Assembly: GCA_963802945.1 (NCBI GenBank)
Contig: CAWDKY010000024.1
Coordinates: 1 to 64,000, forward strand
From: an uncultured delta proteobacterium
Lineage (GTDB): Bacteria > Desulfobacterota > RBG-13-43-22
Length of the DNA stretch: 64,000 bases
Reading direction: 5' to 3'
The notes beneath the pieces are model-generated. The model worked only from the letters and a program-made list of their open reading frames with translations. It searched no databases and was not told where the DNA came from. Position numbers and translations under genes: made by a program. This document shows, piece by piece, positions 1-10,080 of the stretch; the first letter of the stretch is position 1, and each line of letters starts with the position of its first letter.

Positions 1-728
1 GCATGTTTTTTATGCCCTCAGCTGACTTATCCAATGCGAGGGGGCCGGTGACTTCAGATCTTTTGAATGAAGCTATGCCGCCTCGGGTAAATAGGCAAGT
101 CTCGCGGCAATTCCTGCAGCACGGCGCTAAGCCATTGCACATCCGCAATTTCACTGCGCTCAAGCGGGCCCCTCGACTGCCCGAGCGCTGCCGCGCGAAA
201 GATTGTCATAGGTGATCCTTTGCGGCTAGCATCTTGCTGACGTGACTGCGGATGTAGCCTGCGCCATCAGTAAACAACATGTTCAATTGCTGCCCTCTGT
301 GTTGAGAAGCGTCGCCCGGATTGATGGCTTGCCCGCCAAGTATCCCGCACATTCCTTGATGATCGACGATCGGATACAGGTGGATGTCTGCCATACGATA
401 CCACTGCCGTTTTGCATCGACCGGTGATAAATTCAATATGCGCTTAAGGATCCCCTTACCATGGTGGGAATTCATCGGCCACCTCGACAGCACGTTATAA
501 CTCATCGGGTGATTTAGCGCCTGTTCGAAGAGGACAGAGCCGAGTGGATGTGATGTCGCAGAATGGAAACACCCGGCAGACCGTTTCAACAGCTTCCGTT
601 TACTGTAACACTTAAATCCAAAAATGCCAAAGCACCGTTCGATCACGGCTCGGATGCTAAGAATGCGGCGTGCCGCAACCCGCGCCCAAGCAAATCTGGA
701 CTATGTCTCAAAGATCGAGTGTGTATTC

Positions 729-2132
729 ATGAACTTCGTAAGCACGCCCTTTCTAGTCTTTCTTCCGGTCACCTTTTGCGTCTATTACCTGCCGTGGTGG
801 CGCGGACCTTCGCAGGTTGCCATTCTCATTATTTCCAGTCTCTTCTTCTACAGCTGGACCCAGCCCTACCTCCTCAGCCTACTGTTGATTTCCGCTCTGA
901 TAACCTCGTCAGCTTCGTACTGGATCGTCCGCGATAAAAATCTCGCCCGACGGAGAATGGTCGCCGTCGGCGGCATCGCCAGCATGCTTCTGATACTCGG
1001 ATTTTTCAAATACGACCGTCTCATTTACACGTCAATTGTCGGAACCGTTGATCAGGCATCGAGGCCCGCGCAATGGATTTTTGATTTGCCTTTGCCGATC
1101 GGAATTTCGTTTTACACCTTTCACGGCATCAGCTTGGTCGTCGATACATTTTCAGGAAACATGCCTGATCGGAACAGGCTTTCGGCACACACACATCTGT
1201 CTCAAACGTTGCTGTACCTTACGTTTTTTCCGCAGCTGATTGCCGGCCCGATTATGAAGGCGCACGATTTCCTGCCGCAAATTGACCGCAAGTACTTCAA
1301 CGACGTCAACTGGGAGCTGGCGACGGGCGATCTCATCGGCGGTTATTTTCTGAAGTCCGTTGTGGCTGATAACTTGTCGACACTCACCAACTTGATGCTG
1401 GCAGACCATTCGCATGCGCCGTCCATCATACTCTTGATGCTCATATTCGGCTATTCGTGTCAGATTTTTGCGGACTTTGCCGGTTACTCGCTTATCGCGA
1501 TCGGGCTTGCCCGCCTGTTCGGCTATCAATTGATGACCAACTTTAACTTTCCGTACATTGCCGCGAGCTTCTCCGAATTCTGGCGCCGTTGGCACATTTC
1601 ACTATCGACATGGCTTAGGGACTATCTCTTCATTCCTCTCGGCGGCAGCCGCGGTACCGGGTTAAGGACATCGCTCAACATCATGATCGTTATGATGTTG
1701 GGCGGCCTTTGGCACGGGGCGGCGTGGAGCTATGCGGTTTGGGGAACAGCACACGGACTGGCTTTGGTGATTGAACGACCCTTCCTGAAGACGCGCTTCT
1801 ACACTGCCAGTCATCCGGTCGTGCGCGCGGTGCGGATATCAACGGTCGTGCTGGTCGTTTCGCTTTGCTGGCTGCTATTCCGATTTTCGACCCCGACGCA
1901 GGTTTTGAGCTACCTCAAGGCCATCGTCACCAACATTCGCCTGCTCGGTAATCTGGAGATTCCAGTCGCGTTATTGGTCTACGGCCTTCCAGTGGTCGCC
2001 TATCACCTGTGGCATCTTCGTGGTAGCGCCATTACCCGTCCAAAAGCGCTCGTATGGATCTATGGGGTGTTGCTGGTCGCGATCCTCCTCAATAGCGGTG
2101 TTCCTGGTGCCTTCATCTATTTTCAGTTCTAA
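729..2132 (+). CDS. MBOAT family O-acyltransferase (AlgI/PatA/DltB-like)
   Basis: Polytopic membrane protein with LPIGISFYTF, FFPQLIAGPI, FWRRWHISLSTWLRDY and GLWHGAAW (catalytic His) motifs. ATG 729 (MNFVSTPF) is preferred over the ORF start at 624. Confidence 0.92.
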   Translation: MNFVSTPFLVFLPVTFCVYYLPWWRGPSQVAILIISSLFFYSWTQPYLLSLLLISALITSSASYWIVRDKNLARRRMVAVGGIASMLLILGFFKYDRLIYTSIVGTVDQASRPAQWIFDLPLPIGISFYTFHGISLVVDTFSGNMPDRNRLSAHTHLSQTLLYLTFFPQLIAGPIMKAHDFLPQIDRKYFNDVNWELATGDLIGGYFLKSVVADNLSTLTNLMLADHSHAPSIILLMLIFGYSCQIFADFAGYSLIAIGLARLFGYQLMTNFNFPYIAASFSEFWRRWHISLSTWLRDYLFIPLGGSRGTGLRTSLNIMIVMMLGGLWHGAAWSYAVWGTAHGLALVIERPFLKTRFYTASHPVVRAVRISTVVLVVSLCWLLFRFSTPTQVLSYLKAIVTNIRLLGNLEIPVALLVYGLPVVAYHLWHLRGSAITRPKALVWIYGVLLVAILLNSGVPGAFIYFQF

Positions 2133-2142
2133 TCGTTCGATC

Positions 2143-3041
2143 ATGTTCCCACTGAGGGTGGCCGGGGCCGCTCTCGTGACCATGCTGGGATATGCCCTGT
2201 TCATCCGGATGGAGCATCCGAATACGGTGATTGCCTACAATTCGGGATTGCGAAACCGGATCGTCGCCGACAAGTACGTCGACGAACCCGTCAAGAAGGC
2301 GGTTCTCGTCGGAAGTTCGCTCGGGGTCAGGCTTACACCCGACGTAACCAGTGGGTCATATCTGGGCCCCGACATTTTCGATCTCGCGATGTTGGGACAA
2401 AATTCCGCAACCGGATTGGACATCATCCTACGTAAGATGCCACTGCCACAGATTGCGCTCGTTGAAATGAATATACTCGAGCACCCATATGATCCGAAAT
2501 TTGCGGAAGAGGTTTTTGCGGAGCCGTGGCGCACGCTTCGCCAAATTGCGCCGATCTTTCGTTTGGAAAATCGACCTTTCGATCTCAGTATCATCGCTCT
2601 AGAGAGAACACTGAAATACGGATTGTCCAGAGCGGGTCTGCACTCAGATGAAAGCGTGTATTCACCTCCAGCTCAAGGAGTTGACGAAAACCAAAATCAA
2701 GCTCCGCACCAGGCAACGAGCAAATTCGGTGCTACGTTTTTGGAGCATGTGGAAATCGCCGTTCGCAGACTAGGCGAACAAGATCGACCTTCTGCAGGCC
2801 CAGCATGTTCAGGTCCTTCTCCTGCGCTTCCCCGTCGATCCGTCCGTTGATGCCTCACCTGAGGAGCGATACAAGCGTGACAGGGCAGCTGCGCGCTTCC
2901 CACAAGATCAAATATCACTGGTACGACCTTCGGGGCACCGGAGCATACCAGACGATGGATGGACTTCATCTTACAAGTGCCAGTGCGCGCGACCTGGCGC
3001 TCGCCCTTCGAGGCCTCGTCACCGACAACGCGAAGCCGTGA
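2143..3041 (+). CDS. SGNH-like periplasmic O-acyltransferase partner (AlgJ/AlgX/PatB/DltD-like), split by two +1 frameshifts
   Basis: N-terminal TM anchor and VLVGSSLG motif. After shifts at ~2779 and ~2910 it continues KIDLLQAQHVQVLLLRFPVD...YQTMDGLHLT (DxxH) to TGA 3039-3041. Starts 10 bp after the MBOAT stop. Confidence 0.7.
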
Positions 3042-4163
3042 ATGCCTATGTTCGGGCACACAGACGTCAGCTATGACTTCTTCAAAGAACGCGCGGTACA
3101 TTCCCGCGACTTTCGCCCAGGAAAGATCGGCAACCCTGCTGATACGCTGCTCACGCCCGGAGGCCCCCGATGTGGAAGCACGTTTGATGGCTACTGCAAT
3201 CGCTGCCGGATCATCCATATCGGCGAGGAACTCGTTGTCACCGACAAACCAACGCACGCGCGGCATGTCATGCCCAACAATCGGCAATCCGCACGCCATC
3301 GCTTCGAGGAACACCAGCGGAAAGGGTTCGTCCTTCGAACACTGCAAAAAGACGTCTGCCGACCGATACAGCTTCGACATTTCCGAGGGCGCAACCAAAA
3401 GCCGCGTGAACCTGCCCGGCAGTAATTTGTCGGCAGCTGCGGCAATCGCATCGCGTAACGGGCCATCGCCGGCGACCACCAAATGCGCATCGGGAATGCG
3501 GCTGACGGCATCAATTCCGTACTCGATGCGCTTATTGGGAATGAGCGCACTGACCATCAGAATGATGATCTTGTCCTGCGGCAGATTGAATTCCTGCCTG
3601 TGAGGAGAGCCAGGTCGAAACCGGTCGCAATCGACACCATTCGGGATAAGCCGGCAATTCCAAAACTCTTTGTTCCGTTCGAAAAAGTCCGGGTTTATGC
3701 AGATGAGACCATCACAATAAAAAAAACGATACTCGGATCGACGCGTGCGCGATTGTACGGAATGGGGTGCCCAATCGCCATTGTGGGTTACAAATACGTG
3801 AGGGGGGCGACGACCTAAGAATACCGGACGACGAAGAATCCAATTGGTAAACGGATAGCTGCAAGTCACCGTGATGTCATAGTGATCGGGCCGATAGCGT
3901 AATAGCAGTTCCGGAGCAAACGTCAGCTCCTCATAGCAATATTCATTTCTGAGGATCGGGAGCGACGAAAATCGCTCGAAGTGCTCGCGCCTGACGCTGG
4001 CCGCCCGCAGATAGCGATATGGCGCGCCGTCGCGTGCTTCGCCCGAGCCGATCAGGGTGACCTCGTCGCCAGACTTCACGAGTTCCCTGGCGACGGCAAT
4101 AAAGGCAATTTCCGCACCGCGGTCATATCGATGAATTCCGGGCAGTGCTATGAGAATTCTCAT
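2697..4163 (-). CDS. GT4 family glycosyltransferase (true end probably near 3045-3075)
   Basis: MRILIALPG start at 4163; IPNGVDCDRF, HLVVAGDGP and DEPFPLVFLEAMACGLP motifs. Homology ends at YRAFFEEVI; the rest of the ORF runs antisense over the SGNH gene. Confidence 0.85.
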   Translation of the reverse strand: MRILIALPGIHRYDRGAEIAFIAVARELVKSGDEVTLIGSGEARDGAPYRYLRAASVRREHFERFSSLPILRNEYCYEELTFAPELLLRYRPDHYDITVTCSYPFTNWILRRPVFLGRRPPHVFVTHNGDWAPHSVQSRTRRSEYRFFYCDGLICINPDFFERNKEFWNCRLIPNGVDCDRFRPGSPHRQEFNLPQDKIIILMVSALIPNKRIEYGIDAVSRIPDAHLVVAGDGPLRDAIAAAADKLLPGRFTRLLVAPSEMSKLYRSADVFLQCSKDEPFPLVFLEAMACGLPIVGHDMPRVRWFVGDNEFLADMDDPAAIAVAIKRASTSGASGREQRISRVADLSWAKVAGMYRAFFEEVIADVCVPEHRHSRLRVVGDEASKGERQVARTGTCKMKSIHRLVCSGAPKVVPVIFDLVGSAQLPCHACIAPQVRHQRTDRRGSAGEGPEHAGPAEGRSCSPSLRTAISTCSKNVAPNLLVAWCGA

Positions 4164-4239
4164 CTGCAGCCAGCTGCAGTCTTTTGCTAAGACGGTTCGC
4201 GACGGCATGGACGCAGGTCCCCGACGCGGTGATCAGGAC

Positions 4240-4550
4240 GTCGCCGAGGGACCGATATTCCTTAATCCAGTTAATCCGCCGCTTCATTCTTCATGCCAGT
4301 CGTACGACCGTTCCCGATTGGTGGCCGAGGCCCGTTGTGATCCAGATCCTACGCATATCGGCAAGCCCCTTCCAGTCTTCCAGCATCGCAAAGGCGCCGC
4401 CGCCGCTTTGCGCAACCAGATCCTTCGGATATGCGACCGCCGTCGCCGATGAGCGGAGATCCGCAAGTCCGCCTGCCCAGATCGAAGGGCGATTCCCGAG
4501 TCAGTTGATAAAACAGGAACATATTCTACTCCTTCAAGGTCTTCATCTTG
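4240..4550 (-). pseudogene. Decayed 3' fragment of a glycosyltransferase, paralog of the GT at 5045-6281
   Basis: The minus strand reads KTLKE*NMFLFYQLTRESP..CGSPLIG../AYPKDLVAQSGGGAFAMLEDWKGLAD..MKRRINWIKEY. This parallels KTLRESDIFLFCH..SP..GCPLIGYGSAYPRELTAERGGGQFARVDNWKELAD..MQQRIDLIKKY. Confidence 0.75.
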
Positions 4551-5044
4551 AATTCTTCCACTGCAAATCCCGGCTGGCTCACAGAGCTGTTGGTTCAGAG
4601 CTTTGGCCTTGCCTCTCATCGATCTCAAACAGTGCGCGTCTGCACCGAAAATTTTCCGCGGCGATCATTAGCTGTGCACTTGCCACGATGCGATGGCCAC
4701 CCTCATACATTTCGACAAGAGACGCTGGAGCAACCTATCTTCATTGCCATCCAGAATTAAAGATCTTTTTGTCAGGTCTCTCCCTCTTCTCAACGCTTAA
4801 ATCGAAAACTCCGCTCGTGGCAGATATGATTGAATAAAGGCCATGCAGGAGTACAGCTTTTCGAAGGATTGTCGCGTGCGCAAAAATTAAGGCGGATGTA
4901 TTGATCATCAAGGCCAGGAAAGCGGTCGGGTGTCACGATCCAGGCTCATCTGGCGTTGAATAACGGCGGTTTATATTTCACTAAGCCATCCTTCCGGCTC
5001 GCCCGGGATGAAAGGGCTCATTACCGAACGATAGGGATAAGGTC

Positions 5045-6281
5045 ATGGTGACGCGGCTATTGCAAGTGTTACCCAGTGTAGTAACCAGTGTTCATAACGA
5101 ACTGGCGATCGAAGTCGATTGCTGTGAAAGCATAAGGTTATATCTGGATAACTTCGATCAAGTGACCGTGGCCTGTCCTGTAACCACAGAGACTAGCAAT
5201 TCCGGATTGCGGCGTTGTCGGCCTGTGACAGATTTGCCTTGGCAAGATAGAAGTACAAATCGTTCCGCTTCCGAACGCTTCATTTGAGGGGGTTTTTGAT
5301 AAATTATCATTCCGTCAAGCGGCTTCTGAAGACTGAGATAGAAGCCGCTAACTATCTCGTTTTCTCGCCTCATACACTCATCGGTGACTGGCCCACAGTG
5401 GCGATCCACGAGGCAGTCAAACTGAACAGGCCTTATGTGATCGAGGCCGACGTGGTGTACGGTGAAGTTTCCCGCGTTGGATGGGCTCGCGCTCCATGGT
5501 GGAAGCAAGCTATAAAAAAGAACATTGTCCTTCCTTTATTCCAACGATCCCATGCCTATTGCCTAAAGCATTCGACCTTGGCCTTATTTCAGGGACAAGA
5601 TGTTTTTGATGCATACTCGATTTTTTGCCGAAATCCGCACAAAGTTTACCACATGCCGGTTTCCACGGAGGATTACATTACTAACTCGCAATTGCATATT
5701 AAGTTGGGCGGCCTGGACGAAAACAGACCCTTAAAGATCGCCTACGTTGGTCGAGCTATCGACATGAAGGGCCCGCTGGACTGGCTTAAGGTCTTGCACG
5801 AACTGGCGGAACGTGGTGTTGCAGTAGACGCAAAATGGCTCGGAGACGGTTCGTTACTTCCCGAAATGCGGACTACGGCAGCGAACCTCGGACTTGCCGA
5901 TAAGGTGAGGTTTATTGGATATGTATCTGACAGGGCGGAGATCCTAAAAACGTTGAGAGAATCTGATATTTTTTTATTTTGTCATAGACGCCCCAGTCTC
6001 CTAGGTGTTTGGTAGAGGCCCTCGCCTCCGGCTGTCCTCTCATTGGTTATGGTAGTGCATATCCGAGGGAATTGACCGCTGAACGTGGCGGCGGGCAATT
6101 TGCGAGGGTCGACAACTGGAAAGAATTAGCAGACCTCGTAACAGCATTGGATAAAGACAGGGGAACATTACGTGAGTTAATTCAGGCAGCCAGCGCGTCC
6201 GGTGAGTTATACGAACGGGACAGGATGATGCAGCAGCGAATTGACTTGATTAAAAAATATCTCAAACCAAAGTTCCATTAG
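5045..6281 (+). CDS. GT4-like glycosyltransferase, frameshifted (ORFs 5045, 5284 and 6009 are one gene)
   Basis: IAYVGRAIDMKG, WLGDGSL and SPRCLVEALASGCPLIG across shifts at ~5251, ~5282 and ~5986. Confidence 0.82.
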
Positions 6282-6727
6282 GAAAGTTCAGGGCTTGATA
6301 AAGCGGAGCGCATAAAGGGCGTCACTTTGAACGGACAATGTGATCGAAACGACTGCAGGCCCTCTACTCTTAGTGCCACATTGTCATCATGCTTACGACG
6401 CGCGATTTTTCGGAGGGAACTAACAGGGGTTTCGATCCAGATGGTGCTTTGCGGTCGACCGTTTGATAATTTCGACCGCGGTAATTAAATCTGAAATCGT
6501 CCCGGTAGCTATTGAGGTCGCCCACGTGATATCGAAAGGATTTCAAGGGCAATCGTGAAGCCGCGGAAGAATGCCGATGTTTGCTAGGAATTATATTCCA
6601 GAGCTGATCTGATGCGCCGGGAATTCCCTTTTAGGGCCACAACATTAGTCCTTTCATTCGGGGGCAAGCCTGCAATGAAAGTGCGCAAATCGGCAGCGTT
6701 TATCGACGAAACCTCTCGAGGTAGAGA

Positions 6728-7102
6728 ATGTTGCCTTCATTCATAAAGCGAGATGGCAAGTTGCATGCGAGCCTTCGCTGGGGTTATCAGCCAATCAGAT
6801 ATACGATTGCATCGCTTGGAGAACTTTTGGCGACGCCAAGATATCTGCGTCGGATTTCAGAATATCTTCATGCCGACGGATTTAAGGGCCTTCAAATTGG
6901 CACTGGCAATGGACGTCATAAGGGGTGGCTCAATACAGATATATACGGCAATGATGGCATTGAGACCACAGCGGAAATAGATGCTGCGGTTGACATAGAA
7001 AAGCCCTTGCCATTTCCCGATAACTCGTTCGACGCAATATACGGCGCCGAGGTGATCGAGCATATACCGCGGGATAAAGTGTATCCATTTCTAATCCGGT
7101 AA
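6728..7102 (+). pseudogene. Class I SAM-dependent methyltransferase (Methyltransf_11-like), 3' truncated
   Basis: LQIGTG..GWLNTD, PLPFPDNSFDAIYGAEVIEH; it stops before the expected RVLKPGG-type segment, at the compositional junction. Confidence 0.75.
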
Positions 7103-7211
7103 GATCAAAGAGGCTCAATTCCATCCCAAAGATACCTTCGGGGTAATGCTCGAGCTTTGTGAATATGAGCTTGAGCATGGGGCGATTATAGCCAGCCGCT
7201 TTGGGCGGTAG
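7095..7211 (+). pseudogene. 3' end of a VOC/glyoxalase (methylmalonyl-CoA epimerase-like) gene, 5' missing
   Basis: SGKIKEAQFHPKDTFGVMLELCEYELEHGAIIASRFGR* carries the FxHPK..GVxxEL terminal motif. An in-frame TAA at 7092-7094 immediately precedes it. Confidence 0.7.
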
Positions 7212-7230
7212 ATCCAGCAATTGGACGGCG

Positions 7231-7986
7231 TTAGATCATAGTCAGCCCGCCGCTAACGCTTAGGGTTTGACCAGTAATGTAGCTGGCGTCCTCTGAGGCA
7301 AAAAAAGCTACGGCCGCCGCTATTTCCTCAGGCTTCCCCCTGCGCCGCACCGGTATCCGCTTCATGAAGGCTGCGGAACGATTCGAATCTGTTTCGGTCG
7401 TATTAGCCAGCAAGGGTGTCTCGACAATCCCCGGCGCCACACAATTTACCAAGACATTATATCTGGCGAGTTCCTGGGCCAGTGTTTTAGTGATAGCAAT
7501 CACGCCGCCCTTGCAGGCTGAATAAACAGTTTCGTTGGTGGCCCCGACTCGGCCCGCATCTGAAGAAATGTTGACAATCCGCCCATAATTCCTGTTGATC
7601 ATGCCGCCGACCACTGCTTTGGTGACTATGATGAGCCCTTTGAGGTTGACGGCTATCAGTTGGTCACGCAGCTCGTCAGTCATATCCATGAACGGCACCA
7701 GCCTGCTCCAACCGGCGTTATTAATCAGAATATCTATTTTACCAAATTTATTTTCAGCGCTAACAACCGCCTGCTGAACATCTTTAACACTCGTAATGTC
7801 GGCGGTAAAAGATGCGGCCTTTCCTCCCCGAGAGGCAATATCAGTTACCACTTTTTGCGCCTTTTCGGACTGAATATCGAAGATGCCGATGGTGGCGCCT
7901 TCATCGGCCAGCCTTTTGGCTATGGCCTCGCCTATGCCCTGTGCTCCCCCGGTTACAACAGCTACCTTATCTTTGAAACGTTCCAT
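7231..7986 (-). CDS. SDR oxidoreductase (FabG/BadH-like acyl-CoA dehydrogenase/reductase)
   Basis: TGGAQGIG, NNAGW, ISSDAGRVG and YSACKGG (YxxxK); RBS AAAGGAG before ATG 7986. Confidence 0.9.
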   Translation of the reverse strand: MERFKDKVAVVTGGAQGIGEAIAKRLADEGATIGIFDIQSEKAQKVVTDIASRGGKAASFTADITSVKDVQQAVVSAENKFGKIDILINNAGWSRLVPFMDMTDELRDQLIAVNLKGLIIVTKAVVGGMINRNYGRIVNISSDAGRVGATNETVYSACKGGVIAITKTLAQELARYNVLVNCVAPGIVETPLLANTTETDSNRSAAFMKRIPVRRRGKPEEIAAAVAFFASEDASYITGQTLSVSGGLTMI

Positions 7987-8115
7987 GACAACTCCTTTAA
8001 CTAACTCAAACCTAACCAAAGATGTTTGAAATTTGCTGGAAAGCAAGTTAGAGATAAATTCGTAGATTGCCGGGTCTAAGAATCTAAACTTTCTTGGTCC
8101 CATCTAAAAAACAAA

Positions 8116-8886
8116 TCAACTTATCTTGCCGCTACGTTTATCGATGTTAATCACGGCTTCTCTAATAAGGGTGTTAATATTCGTTATGGACTCCGAGTAA
8201 AATAAAACATCTCTGTTTGGCGTGAAAAATTCAAAAGAGAGCCAAAAGATGGATGTCCCCTCTTGAATTCCGAGGAGTTCGGACTCTTCAGTGTTACAGA
8301 TCCAGGGGCGAATGGTCTCGGTGACATTCATGGTATTCCATAGGTTTGTTTCACATACCACTTGAATAACCGGTTTTTTTTTAAACTCTTTGGGGTTTAA
8401 TCGTTTTATCACCCAGGCCGGAATAAAGGTATTATTCAGTCTTTTCCTGTATGGGCTTCTTTTCGGCGCCATAATCCGGCGAATATTGAAAATACGGCTT
8501 TTCAAAAGGGCATCTTCTCGGCCTGAGAAAATTTTTTTAATTCGAACAGGGGGCTCGATCCAACCCTCGTTGATCGGTTGGAAATCCAATGGATCATGAA
8601 TATTGAGCGACTTGATTTCGTCCTTTAACGGTCTTAAACCTCTTGTTAATTTGCCGATATCCGTCTTCACAAAGGTGCCCTGTCCCCGTCTGCGAACAAT
8701 CAATCCTTCGCGCTCGAGGAGATCCATGGTCTTTCGGACCGTAATCAGGCTGACGCCATAATTTTCAATCAACTGTTGCAGACTGGGGATCTTGGATCCA
8801 AGTGGAATTTCCTCCAAGAGGATATCATTCTTGATTCGGAGATAAAATTGAAAATACAAAGGAATGTGGCCTTCGGTGATTTTCAT
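8116..8886 (-). CDS. GntR family regulator (HutC-type, wHTH plus UTRA-like domain)
   Basis: PLYFQ..IPS..L..YGVSLITVRK..GLIVRRRGQGTFV. Confidence 0.88.
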   Translation of the reverse strand: MKITEGHIPLYFQFYLRIKNDILLEEIPLGSKIPSLQQLIENYGVSLITVRKTMDLLEREGLIVRRRGQGTFVKTDIGKLTRGLRPLKDEIKSLNIHDPLDFQPINEGWIEPPVRIKKIFSGREDALLKSRIFNIRRIMAPKRSPYRKRLNNTFIPAWVIKRLNPKEFKKKPVIQVVCETNLWNTMNVTETIRPWICNTEESELLGIQEGTSIFWLSFEFFTPNRDVLFYSESITNINTLIREAVINIDKRSGKIS

Positions 8887-8932
8887 ACTTTCCTCTCTTT
8901 AAAAATGATTGATCCGGTGCGGAAAATGATGG

Positions 8933-10048
8933 TCAGGCAAACAAATGGTCAGCGATTACGTTGCGCTGAAAGGTTGAATCCCCAAAATTCAGCTCACTGG
9001 ATTTGGCGTGGCGTAAGTACAAGTGCATATCATGTTCTTCGCAATAGGCGATAGCCCCGAACAACTGGAACGAAGTTTGGACCACTCTCCGATAGGCATC
9101 GCTGGTCCAGGCCTTGGCCATGGCGATATCAATGTCGCAGGTCATCCCCTGATCGATAATCCAGGCCGGCTTGTAAACAATATCCCTGGAAAGATCGACA
9201 CAGGTGAGCATCTCCGCACATTTGTGCTGGACCGCCTGGAAACTGCCCAAGGTTTGCCCGAACTGTTCCCGCACTTTCATGTACTCTACACACATATCCA
9301 AAGTTTTTCGTGATCCGCCCAGCATCTCGGCGCTTTTTAAAAGCGCTGCTTTTGAAATGATTTTCTCGACATGCGTCCAGCCCCGGTTCGCCGCTCCTAA
9401 AACATTTTCTTTGGGAACCACCACCTGATCAAAGCGAATCTCCACTTGACTGTCGTCGGCAATGGTCCTGAGAGGGAACAGGGTGACACCGGGCATGTCG
9501 GCTTTTACTATAAAAAGCGCGGTGTTCTTGTTGCCTGTTTTGGCCAGACAGATGAAATAATCCGCCATTCTTCCGTTCGGAACAGGGGCCTTTATGCCAT
9601 CCAGGACATAATCGTTATTGACCTTGGAGGCCTTAACCTGAATTCCGCCTTGCTGATAATAAAAACCCGGTTCATGCAGGGCCGGGGTAAAGATTATCTC
9701 TCCACTGGTCAGCTTTGGTAAAAAATACTCTTTTTGCTTCTTGTTGCCGGCCTCAAGAATGAGCAAAGAGGAAAGAACCGTCGAAAGGATGGGGCTGATC
9801 AGGCAGGCACTTCCAATTTCCTCAAAAAGTATGACCAACTCTTGAAATCCCATCCCGCTTCCGCCATACTCCTCCGGAATCGCCACGCCCAACCATCCCA
9901 GTTCCGATATTTTTTCCCATAGCTCGGATGGAAATTCCATTTCTCCTTTTAACATTTTTCGAAGCATATCGGTCTGGTAATTCTTAGAAAGAAAATGATT
10001 AACCGATTCTTTGAATAGCTGTTGTTCTTCAGAAAGTCTAAAATCCAT
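8933..10048 (-). CDS. Acyl-CoA dehydrogenase family, short partner-type subunit
   Basis: MDFRLSEEQ, ELGWLG..PEEYGG, REQFGQTLGSFQAVQHKCA; C-terminus LNFGD lacks the GxxE motif. Confidence 0.9.
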   Translation of the reverse strand: MDFRLSEEQQLFKESVNHFLSKNYQTDMLRKMLKGEMEFPSELWEKISELGWLGVAIPEEYGGSGMGFQELVILFEEIGSACLISPILSTVLSSLLILEAGNKKQKEYFLPKLTSGEIIFTPALHEPGFYYQQGGIQVKASKVNNDYVLDGIKAPVPNGRMADYFICLAKTGNKNTALFIVKADMPGVTLFPLRTIADDSQVEIRFDQVVVPKENVLGAANRGWTHVEKIISKAALLKSAEMLGGSRKTLDMCVEYMKVREQFGQTLGSFQAVQHKCAEMLTCVDLSRDIVYKPAWIIDQGMTCDIDIAMAKAWTSDAYRRVVQTSFQLFGAIAYCEEHDMHLYLRHAKSSELNFGDSTFQRNVIADHLFA

Positions 10049-10080
10049 GATAGTTTCTCCCTTTACGAAGTTCCTTTTGC

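Noticed and set aside
3-646. ORFs 3-215, 206-646 and 242-427
   Set aside because: No recognisable motifs or clear RBS; they cannot be supported as genes.
4184-4837. 217-aa + strand ORF
   Set aside because: Antisense to the decayed GT fragment, with no protein-like signature.
6370-6552. 60-aa minus-strand ORF
   Set aside because: No recognisable family; possibly a remnant but unsupported.
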